DNA of 51,235 nucleotides, taken from assembly GCF_001194135.2 (NCBI RefSeq), contig NC_068988.1, positions 54,177,981-54,229,215 on the forward strand. Direction: 5' to 3'. This document shows positions 11,616-22,199 of this stretch, piece by piece. How positions within the stretch are numbered: the first letter of the stretch is position 1; every line of letters begins with the position of its first letter. Below the pieces are notes generated by a model. It did no database searches. It was not told the DNA's origin and saw nothing but the letters and a program-made list of their open reading frames with translations. The translations under genes were made by a program, and so were the position numbers. Source of the DNA: Octopus bimaculoides. Its lineage: Eukaryota.

Positions 11616-12421
11616 TTATTATTATTATTATTATCATTATTACTATTATTATTACTTAAGATTGGTAATCAACAAGATTTGTAGAGAAGCAGACAAAATG
11701 TTTTATGATACTTAGTTGCATCTCTTTAGATTCTGCTGAGGTCTAGAAAAGGTAAGTACCAGTCAAATATTGTATGGGGGAGGGTTTAGAATAGAATCAA
11801 TTAAATCAGTTGATTGTACCTCTCCACCACATTTATTGCCTTGGGTCTATGATAGAAATCATTATTGATACTCTCATCTTCATAATTATCCTCATCCTCA
11901 TCATTGTCAATATCTTCATTATCATCATCAACAACATCATCATTGTGAAACGTCTAGAATTCTTCTAAAACCCAAAACTGCTATCAGTCACAAAGATATT
12001 AACTCTAACACTGAAATGAAATGGTTTATTGCCATTTTCTGTTCAGTTAATATCACAGACATAAAACTTTAGCATTTCCAGGAATCTGCAAATATTCAGT
12101 GTTACTTTTGCAACAACTTGGAATCAATTAGTTGCAAAAAAATGCTGCCGGGCACAATAAAAATAAGAGACTTTAGTTTTACCAATGTACAGCACAGTAT
12201 GAAATTTCTTAATAAACAAGTCTAGTGATATAGGTTTAATAGATGAAATTTCCTCTTTCATGGAAGAATTAAGCTCGATTGGATTAGTTCAACTACACTG
12301 GAAGATTCCATTCTTCATTCCCATTATTGCAATAATTGAACAATTGATCAAAGTAACTATTGATTGAGGTTGGACAGCCATTTTATAGATGCACATACAT
12401 ATATATACACAAATGTATATA

Positions 12422-12492
<71 letters not shown>

Positions 12493-13944
12493 NNNNNNNN
12501 NNNNNNNNNNNNNNNNNNNNNNNNNNNNNNNNNNNNNNNNNNNNNNNNNNNNNNNNNNNNNNNNNNNNNNNNNNNNNNNNNNNNNNNNNNNNNNNNNNNN
12601 NNNNNNNNNNNNNNNNNNNNNNNNNNNNNNNNNNNNNNNNNNNNNNNNNNNNNNNNNNNNNNNNNNNNNNNNNNNNNNNNNNNNNNNNNNNNNNNNNNNN
12701 NNNNNNNNNNNNNNNNNNNNNNNNNNNNNNNNNNNNNNNNNNNNNNNNNNNNNNNNNNNNNNNNNNNNNNNNNNNNNNNNNNNNNNNNNNNNNNNNNNNN
12801 NNNNNNNNNNNNNNNNNNNNNNNNNNNNNNNNNNNNNNNNNNNNNNNNNNNNNNNNNNNNNNNNNNNNNNNNNNNNNNNNNNNNNNNNNNNNNNNNNNNN
12901 NNNNNNNNNNNNNNNNNNNNNNNNNNNNNNCATGGAAAGCGGACGTTAAACGATGATGATGATGATGATGATATATATATAGGGAGAATTCACAAAAAAA
13001 CAACAGACGAAGACAGGTGGTGTAGAAAACAAACAGATGTATTAGTATAACGCTCAGGAATTGAAAAAGTCTTTAACATTTTGAGCCAACACTCTTCCAC
13101 AGAAAGGAACACAGAAAGAAACAAGGAGAGAAAAAAAATGTGTGTAGTAGTTAGTGATTTATCATGACAAATGTCGGACAGAAGGGTCACACAAGAGAGT
13201 TAAGAAGCAGGGGAGATAACAAAGTATCAGTGATCCCAAAACGATGGTGTGCATGTGTAAGAGAGTGCTGGTGATCTTGACATGTGCATGTCTGTATGTG
13301 TAGGTGTGAAAATGTGGTTGTGTTCATAAGGCTGAAAGCAAGATAACTTAATTCGAAATGACTGAAGAATCAGCTTAGTGAATTTTGAAATATTTTAGGG
13401 GAAAATAGTAAGAAAAATGAATTTTAAACGTATTTCTAAAAGGGAGTGTATTTGAGAAACATAACATACATGATTATTTACTTTTAAGATATTATAAGTT
13501 TATTGTTTGGATACAATACTGAAGGCAAGGGTGAAAATGTAGTTTATTTATCAAATATTTCCTTTCTTAAATTCTGTTGTTATTGAATACTTAACTTCTT
13601 TTCTGGAAATACAAACATAAACATTTTAAGCAAGATTGGTAGAAAGGCAGACAAAACGTTTTATGATGCTTAGTTGCATTCTAATTTATTTGAAATAGGT
13701 TCGTGCACTCGTTTGTTTCCCTTTGCCTTCATTTTATTTTTTTGCTATATACTACCAATGTACAAATTTCTTCCAGATTCACTTCCCTTAGTTCATTAGG
13801 CATGACTTCTTGTGTTAATAACATTCTTTTGGAAATCACATTGGACTATTACTACTTCAATGGAAGATGTATATGAAATGTTCCCAGCACCACAGTAGGA
13901 GTTATCTATAAAATTGGTCCTTCATAAAAGTCTATGATCTGGTT

Positions 13945-14300
13945 AGTTAAAATGTGGCCTAGTGGAATTTGTACTCATGTACCTGAAGCTTATGAATTCC
14001 ATTTGAAAAGACAAAATTTTAAAGTGAGAAATAATTTTACATGCTTTTCATAAAATTTATGTCATCATATGCTGTGAATGTGGCGAGTGCTACATTAGCC
14101 AAAGAGTTATGCCTTTCTAAAATGGATGTAAGTTCACTGACAACAAATGCATGATCCAAACACTTGAAAAGTTCTATTAAGTGAATTCAGTAGCCAAATT
14201 TTGTAGCATTCTCCTTATACCAATGTGCAGAAAGTTCAACAAAACAATAAAAATTAGCAAATAAACATTTTTATTGAAATATATTAATCAAGTTTATTCT
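13945..14300 (+). mobile_element. Penelope-like element GIY-YIG endonuclease relic
   Basis: Frameshift-corrected reading KCG..GICTHVPEAYEFHLKRQNFKVRNNFTCFS*NL/IYVIICCECGECYISQ...KWM*VH*QQMHDPNT*KVLLSE matches the PLE Cys-rich linker and GIY-YIG pattern (F.C.S.N.IY.I.C..CG..YIGQ). Confidence 0.7.
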
Positions 14301-14794
14301 TAATTCAAACATCAACATTTATTTGCGAAAATGTATTTGTTTACTCTTTGAATGTTTAAAGTATATAATTTATTTCCCATGATAACTACTGTGTTAATTG
14401 CAAATTTTGGTTCATAAAATACACATCATCATCTCCCTTACATGTGTGTCTATAATGACACTATTTTCAGTCAATGACCTATAGCATGTCTTAAAAGAAG
14501 GCTAACAGCAAGACATTACACATGCACATTACAATGACTATTACGTGAGGAGTGGAATCAATGTAATATTGTACTTTGGAATATGTAACAATGTATTTTG
14601 AAAAATTTGATTGTAATAATGTATTCTGGAATAATTTAATTAATTACATGATGAAAAGAATTGTGCATTTTCTTCTCATTATTTTCCCCATATCTTGTGA
14701 CTTTTGCGAGATACTTTTAACATTTATATATAATGCATGTGTGTGTGTGTGTATACATATATGTATGTATATTTAATGTGTGTGTGTATATGTA

Positions 14795-14838
<44 letters not shown>

Positions 14839-14905
14839 GTTACACACACGCACGCACACACACATATATATAATGTGTGTTTATATGTGTGTGTGTGTGT
14901 GTGTG

Positions 14906-14954
<49 letters not shown>

Positions 14955-15137
14955 TGAGAGAGTAAAAGAGACATTGACTGATAGATATATAGAGAGATAT
15001 GTAAAGTAAGACATCCTAGAAATACAAATATATAAACTATAGTTCTTGGCTTCCTGTCAGAATGGACAAATACAGAATGAGACATGATTTTCCTATAGCA
15101 TAAGTTTTTTTTTCTTGCTTTTTGACTTTTGGTTCAG

Positions 15138-15194
15138 ATCAAATTGTTGTAACAATCAAAATTTCACAGAAGACAAAGGAAGAACTGGGACTTG
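15138..15194 (+). CDS. Putative 57-nt phase 1-1 exon, (D)QIVVTIKISQKTKEELGL(G/E); weakly like a PDZ N-terminus
   Basis: Long polypyrimidine tract ending ggttcAG, donor CTTG|GTATGT, unique sequence and an open frame. A second frame (SNCCNNQNF...) is also open, so the product is uncertain. Confidence 0.4.
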
Positions 15195-15380
15195 GTATGT
15201 CTTGAGTAGGTCACATTAAAAGTACATAGTCCACGTCAAATTTATGTGTATGTATGAATATATGTAAAGTTATGAGGCTATCTCTCTCGCTCTTTCTCTC
15301 TCGCTCTTTCTCTCTCTCTATCTATCTATAAAACACACACATATATGATATATACATATATATAATAGACACAGATACAG

Positions 15381-15556
15381 GCATAGGTGTGGTTGTGTGG
15401 TCAGAAGTTTATTCTTCAACCACAATTGGGGAACAAACTTCTGACCACACACTCCCACTGCATGGTACCTTTAGTAAGAGTCTCATCTAAGGCTGACCAA
15501 AGCCTTGGGAGTGGATTTGGTAGACAGAAACTAAAAGAAGCTAATCTGATACATAC

Positions 15557-15588
<32 letters not shown>

Positions 15589-15745
15589 ATATATATATAA
15601 CCTGTGTTGACAATAGAAAAAGTATCAGACTTTAAAAAAAAATGAAGTATTGAGTTAATCTGCTTAACTAAAATTCTTTGAGGAAATGTCTCAGCATGGC
15701 CACGTGTAAATATGTTTGTGTGCATGTGTACATGTGTTTGTGAGT

Positions 15746-15795
<50 letters not shown>

Positions 15796-15990
15796 ACATC
15801 TATCTTTACATCAACACCACATAAAAAATTGATGCTGTTTATGTCCCACAGCTTAAAAGTTTGTCAAATAAAGTTTGATGAAACGAGTACCAAACTTAAA
15901 AACTAAGAGCTGGGGTGTGATATAATTGATTAAACCTTTCAACACTGTACTCCAGTATAGCTCTAATCTAATGACTGAAACAATTAAAGC
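15381..15990 (+). mobile_element. Family B SINE, old interrupted copy
   Basis: Head at about 15381-15545 and tail at about 15745-15990 resemble 48334-48750; separated by microsatellite and unrelated sequence. Confidence 0.6.
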
Positions 15991-16019
15991 AATTAAAGTA
16001 AGTGTCAATTTAGATAATG

Positions 16020-16359
16020 GATGATGAGCACAAGATTAGAAAATAGTGTGCTTACAAAATGTATTAGTTTCATAAACATGCAAAGGATTTATATATGTAG
16101 GAAAATAAATAGATTGCAACATAAATTTTAAAGTCAATTATATGTATAATGAACCTCGGATTTAGTGCATCAGACTTCTAAAAACACGAGTTAAAAGCAT
16201 CATTACTTTTATGAAACAAGGTAAATAAATAAACAAATCTTCTCTTCATCAATGAGTGAAAATTGGAGTAAAAAATACAGCTAAATTTTCTTCTCTTAGT
16301 CTATTAATTATTAGGTGTAAATTGGCTTTCATACAGAAATACTAAAATGTTCTTCACGA
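16020..16359 (+). repeat. 340-bp direct duplication, copy 1 (copy 2 at 17151-17491)
   Basis: Manual alignment gives about 6 substitutions and 1 indel over about 340 bp. Unique sequence, not one of the SINE families. Confidence 0.95.
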
Positions 16360-16680
16360 AGTAAAGCATGTTAGGCAAGGGAGACAGGACATAATGTTGG
16401 CTTCTACAATAGATATTAGGTAGATATAATATTGAGCATCAGATCACTCCAGCTTTGAAACTTATATCTCACGGTAATAAGCATTTTTAATGAAAATTTG
16501 TGGAAAATTGCCATCAAACGTAAACAAAGTACACAACCACAAAAAATGCTCAAGGTGCTCTTTACAGATAAAAGAACAGTCTTAGGCTGGAAAATACAAT
16601 TCAACTTGATACTCAGATCAGTTTATGAAATGAGTGAAGTGCACAACATTGGAATAAGGTGTTATTACAAAATGCACTGG

Positions 16681-16722
<42 letters not shown>

Positions 16723-17150
16723 ACAGACACACACACACACACACATGCACACACACAGACGTGTGTATACACACACACAGATATACATCAAATACAAAAG
16801 GAAAGGTGACAGTGGCTTCAGAATTTTGGCCTGCTTTGTCAGACTGTATGAAGACTATCAGTCTGACAAAGGCTTAGCAGTTTGAAACTTCAAAGTCACC
16901 CCTCATCTTGTAAATGTTTAATTAAACATGTACTCTACTCTCTACTAAAAGATACTCATACACCCAGTTTTCCTCTTAAATCATATAGACTCCATCGTAT
17001 GTGCACACAGTGTAAATGAGTTAAGAGTAAAACTGGGTATATGGTAATATCAAACAGTAAGACTGAGTGCTCAACTCTGCATTTTTAATTGGAAGTTGTT
17101 CTCCCACATTTGTATCTTTTTTTTTTTGTTTATTCCCAAATCTTGCATGA

Positions 17151-17491
17151 GATGATGTGCACAAGATTAGAAAATGGTGTGCTAACAAAATGTATTAGTT
17201 TCATAAACATGCAAAGGATTTATATATGTAGGAAAATAAATAGATTGCAACATAAATTTTAAAGTCAATTATATGTATAATGAACCTCGAATTTAGTGCA
17301 TTAGACTTCTAAAAACACGAGTTAAAAGCATCATTACTTTTATGAAACAAGGTAAATAAATAAACAAATCTTTTCTTCATCAATGAGTGAAAATTTGGAG
17401 TAAAAAATACAGCTAAATTTTCTTCTCTTAGTCTATTAATTATTAGGTGTAAATTGGCTTTCATACAGAAATACTAAAATGTTCTTCACGA
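17151..17491 (+). repeat. 340-bp direct duplication, copy 2
   Basis: About 98% identical to 16020-16359. Confidence 0.95.
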
Positions 17492-17567
17492 TACAAGATG
17501 GAGACAAATACCATTGTCCCATGTGGAAGGCCAGACTATTGTTCTTTCAACATGAAACCAATGGTAG
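17469..17567 (+). CDS. Putative 99-nt phase 1-1 exon, (E)ILKCSSRYKMETNTIVPCGRPDYCSFNMKPMV(x); Cys spacing C-x13-C-x5-C
   Basis: Acceptor ggctttcatacAG, strong donor GTAG|GTATGT, length divisible by 3 and an open frame. A second frame (NTKMFFTIQDGDKYHCPMWK...) is also open. Confidence 0.42.
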
Positions 17568-17604
17568 GTATGTTAATCCACAAATAAAATTACATATATG
17601 TGCA

Positions 17605-17646
<42 letters not shown>

Positions 17647-18394
17647 ATGGTGGTGAATTCTCCTTCTGGATTGACATATGAATACTTCATAATGGTTGCC
17701 GAAATACAATCTCAGACTAGGAACTTCTAGCATCATACTTTTGACTACTTCACTTGTCTGATTTCATTGTCACAAGATGCTGACAGAAAACACAAAAAGA
17801 ATTTTGTTGCTCAACAATCTTCATAAAGAATTTACTTTAAGCGGAGTAAATTTGTAATGAGTCTATTTCATTCACTTTTCTTAATTGTTTATCCTAAACT
17901 GGTGTACACTTTGCTGCATGCTAGATGCAAAAGGACACACTCAGGAATACCCAAATAATTTGATGCTGATCTCACATAACATTGCTGTTAACATTACTCT
18001 ATATGTGAAGTTCCTCTTGTCAAAGTTAGTCTAATAATACTAAACATATGCCTAAGTAGATCACATATAGAAATCAGGATACATAAAATAACTTAGGTGA
18101 CTATGATGAGACACATTAAACCCCCTACTGCTGTGGTTGAGACTTTTGATCATGTTTAATCCTGTTTGCTAGCATAAGCTATAAGATAAAGCTTCTTTTG
18201 AAGTACGCTTCTGGAAATTTTCCAAAGTAATACTCATCTAATAGCATCCATATCATCATCATCATCATCATGCTTTTCCATGCTAGATAATGTACCCACT
18301 TTAAAACTAAGATATACACACACATACACACATGCACATGCACTGTATAATTATATGTGTGTATATATGTATATATATATGTATATATGTGTAT

Positions 18395-19135
18395 ATCAAC
18401 CTTTGGTTATATTTGTTTGAACATTGAAACTAAAAATTGGATTTTACCAAATAATTTTCCAATTTCTATATCTACATTTAGAAGCTAAAAATATAGGAAT
18501 GTATTCTATTCTATCTAAAAATCCTCTGTGATTACATACTTTGCTGTAGAATTGTGAAAACTGCTATACATGAAGATAATGGTGATATATGTCTACTAAT
18601 AGTGAAGATTAAATTATGGAGAATATTTGGTGGATGATTAGAAGCCTTATTAATATAAAATAATCTTTCCTTAGGTTTATGATAAGGGAAAAATTTATTA
18701 GTCTCTAAATCAAATGTCACATCTAGAAAATTAACGTTTACAAGGTTACATGTCACAGCAATTTCTAAATCTAATTCACAAACAATTTTCTAAATCTATC
18801 TATGTTATATAACTTATATTTCACAAGGGAAATAATCTGTTATCACAATAAATTCTTCCATTCAGTAGTGAGAACCTTTTATACAATAAAATTAAAGCAT
18901 TATAAAACATTGATTTCATACACTTTTGCTCCACGAAATGTATCCATAACAACATCAAACAAATTCTTTGCATTCTGAGTTAGTCAAGTTACATTTTTGA
19001 GAAATGAGTGATTCCTTAACCTGTAGTATAATATTAATATCTGGATTACTAATGATTGGCAAAGATAAAAGCTTGTAGCAGAAGTGGCGAAGTGATTTAG
19101 GGATAAAAATCCACAATATCAAACTGGAAAAATCT
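18395..19135 (-). mobile_element. Penelope-like element reverse transcriptase relic
   Basis: Minus-strand motifs in order: FQFDIVDFYP*, LFDVVMDTFRGAKVYE (for FDVTMGSFDGAEVCE), VNFLDVTFDLETNKFFPYHKPKERLFYINKASNHPPNI and KIIW*NPIFSFNVQTNI. Multiple stops and frameshifts. Confidence 0.85.
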
Positions 19136-19428
19136 ACAACTTATTTTTTCTCTCATAGATATTACAAAATCATTCAGTGACTTACAAACTAGTATTCCAT
19201 AACTAAACTGAACTACTTTTTAAAATATAAAAATAATAGGATCAAAGATTTTTTTTACTAACTGTGCCTAATTCTGATTTTGCAAAGTTGGTTAACCTAT
19301 ATTAGTAAAATTATTTTTATGATCCTTAAGTGTGATGTGAGATGGGAAAGAGCACAGGCATGAAACTCAAGAGTCAGCAATGGTTTAGAAGTAGTCATCC
19401 AGAAATATTTTCATAAATATACACATGC

Positions 19429-19491
<63 letters not shown>

Positions 19492-20334
19492 ACTGTGGTT
19501 TAGATTTAATTCTGCTGCAGATATCTTTGCCAAGTGTCTTCTACTATGTATGCATGTATGTATGTATGTATGTATGTATGTATGCTTGTATGCATGCATG
19601 CATGTATATATGTATGTATGCATGCATGTATGTACATATGTATGGTTGTATCTGTGAACATATTTACACTGTAAATGAGCATCATTGTCATACAAGCCAT
19701 TGTTTTTGTTGTGTTCTTTTATGTTTGCAATATAGCCATTTAACAAATAGAGATCAATAAAATAAGTGCCACAGTGAAATAATATCCTAAGATTGATGCA
19801 ACTGACTGGAATTCTTTAAAACAGTACCCAAGAATGGCTATGGTACAATCATTGAAAAAGAATAAACTCTGCACAGACAGTTTTTACAATGGAAATCCTA
19901 CAATAATTCTTCCATTTTGTTTTTTCAAAAGACATTGTTCTCATTCAAGTTAAATCATTTATTGTGTTTGTATTAAAGAACAAAAATAGCAAATTTATGT
20001 TTATTCATAACCCAAATATAATAACAAGCGCTTCAAACATAATTATCTCGTAATATTTTAATCCTTTCTTTCATACTGTCAACAAGCTATTTTAATAATA
20101 CAATCTTTAATTTATACCAAACTCTCAACGTAGAATTGTCATACGTGTAAATTGTTTGCTATCAAAAGTTCTTGGAATTTAGATTTTAATTGATGGCTTG
20201 CCATAAATTCTCGATAAGGTTCAATAGAGTATTAAATTAATGACCTCAGAGAAATTTTTTCAACTAATTTGGTCAATTAAGCCAGAGTAATTTCATTGTC
20301 GTTGTTGTTGTTGTTGTCATCATCTTCATCGTCA

Positions 20335-20366
<32 letters not shown>

Positions 20367-20992
20367 ATCGTCGTCGTCATCATCATCATATAATGTTCAC
20401 TTTTCCATGTTTGCCTGGATCAGATGGAAGTTATTGAAACAGATTTTCTATAGCTGGATGCTCTTTCCATCACCAACCTTCATCTGTTTTTAACCAAGGT
20501 AATATTTCCCCATGGCCAGACATGTTTTTTTTTTTATGGAAGACTTCTTGAATGACAATAATGTTAATTTACAACCATCACATGATGTCTAGACAAGAGT
20601 ATGCATAATCTCAGACACACACACACACGCGCACGCACACACACACACACACACACACACCACACACACACACACACACAATTCATGCATACATATATAA
20701 ATAAGTAGTATAAGATGTAGATTCAAAGAATCATGTGGCTATCAAAGTAAGCTCCTCTTATGGATTCAGCTATCAGTCCACATAATAATCAATTACAAAA
20801 AAAATGTAGTGTAGATTATCCATGTAAATGAAAATTTAGAAGATCCAATCGCTGAAGTAATTTCATGAGAAGTATATAAAAGCATAATGTCAGAAGGCAT
20901 TAAAGGTGCAAGGACTGAGATACCTGGTGCCTTACCATACTCAAAGAGACTCATACTTCACAGCAGAAATGTTAAGACAGATCCCTCTGGTG

Positions 20993-21197
20993 GTGCAAAG
21001 CACTCATGATAGTTTCATGTAAAAACACCCATGTAGTTTCACATAAATGTGCCTGTGCAGTGTGACATAAATGTACCCATGCAGTGCCATGTAAAAGAGC
21101 TTGTGTGGCACACGTAAGCACCCATGCAGTGCCACATAAAAGCACCACTACAGTGTCACATAAAAGGCCGAAGCAGTGCCACATAAAAGTGCCCATG
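20993..21197. repeat. Degenerate minisatellite, about 24-bp unit (consensus about ATAAAAGCACCCATGCAGTGCCAC), 8-9 copies
   Basis: Recurring CACATAAA(A/T)G and ATGCAGTG motifs at roughly 22-25-bp periodicity. Confidence 0.75.
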
Positions 21198-21211
21198 CCA
21201 AAATATATAAT

Positions 21212-21510
21212 TTTTTAAGCCTGGTACTTATTATATTGGTTTATTTTTGCCAAAGTGTTAAGTTATGGGAATGTAAACACATCAGTACCAGTTGTCAAGT
21301 GGTAGTGGGGTACAATCACACACACACATACACACACACACGTACATGACAGGCTTCTCTCCATCTCTGTCTACCAAATCCACTCATAAGTCCTTGGTTG
21401 TCCCAAGTCTATAGTGGAAGGCAATTGCCAAAACTACTACACACTGGGACTGAACCTGGAACCACATGGTTGGGAAGCAAGCTTCTTACCATGCAGCCAC
21501 ACCTGTGCCT
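21212..21510 (-). mobile_element. Family B SINE
   Basis: Reverse complement of the 48334-48750 family, with an internal (CA)n tract. Confidence 0.75.
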
Positions 21511-21691
21511 AATGAACAGAACAAATACAAAGGTACCTGATCCTTACAAATAATGCAGGTGAAAATATTCTTTACAAAAAAAAGAAAGAGACAATCATGG
21601 AAATATGTGATGGAGGAAACCTTGCCGCTATAGGTTGCTGTGGATAGAAGAAAGCTTGCTGCTAAGTGTGTGAAAATGATCCATTTATCAA

Positions 21692-21736
21692 TGATTCACT
21701 TATCACTGACTCACTTATCACTGATTCACTTATCAC
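21692..21736. repeat. 15-bp tandem repeat TGA(T/C)TCACTTATCAC x3
   Basis: Three adjacent units with a single substitution. Confidence 0.95.
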
Positions 21737-22166
21737 CGTTTTTGGGAACCAAGCACCAATGGTAAGCAAGAACAGATGTATATCTATACCATGGTTTATG
21801 ACAGTAAAATGTGATTTAAGTGAGATTTGGCTGGTATTTCTATCACACACTGGCTTTTTCTTTTGTTGGCTTTGGCATTGAAATGGTAGAAAGGCTAATG
21901 GAATTTAGAGAGCAGAGTTGAAGAAAAGTATGCAATGAAAACAGCTGCTCTGCTCCAGAATATGGAAGACAAGATATATAGCTAATTACAGTTACAAGTG
22001 AAGTGTTGCTTATCACCTGTACTTGTACAGGTGATAAACAACATAGTTGCTTACTTTATAATGAACCTTGGTTTGTGTATTCACTGCTTATATCCTGCTG
22101 GCTCACTCACCCAATCAGATACATTCATACATACATACATACACACATACATACATACATACATAT

Positions 22167-22199
<33 letters not shown>

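Noticed and set aside
11730-11751. 22-nt micro-exon with an AAG|GTAAGT donor
   Set aside because: The donor overlaps the AAGTACCAG motif shared by the local repeat families, and only a 7-codon frame is open.
17742-17783. In-frame TGA codons as selenocysteine (also at 12289-12291 on the minus strand)
   Set aside because: No SECIS element or selenoprotein motif recognised; stops are expected in AT-rich non-coding DNA.
20993-21197. CRISPR-like array
   Set aside because: Units are contiguous and degenerate with no unique spacers and no cas genes, and the context is eukaryotic.
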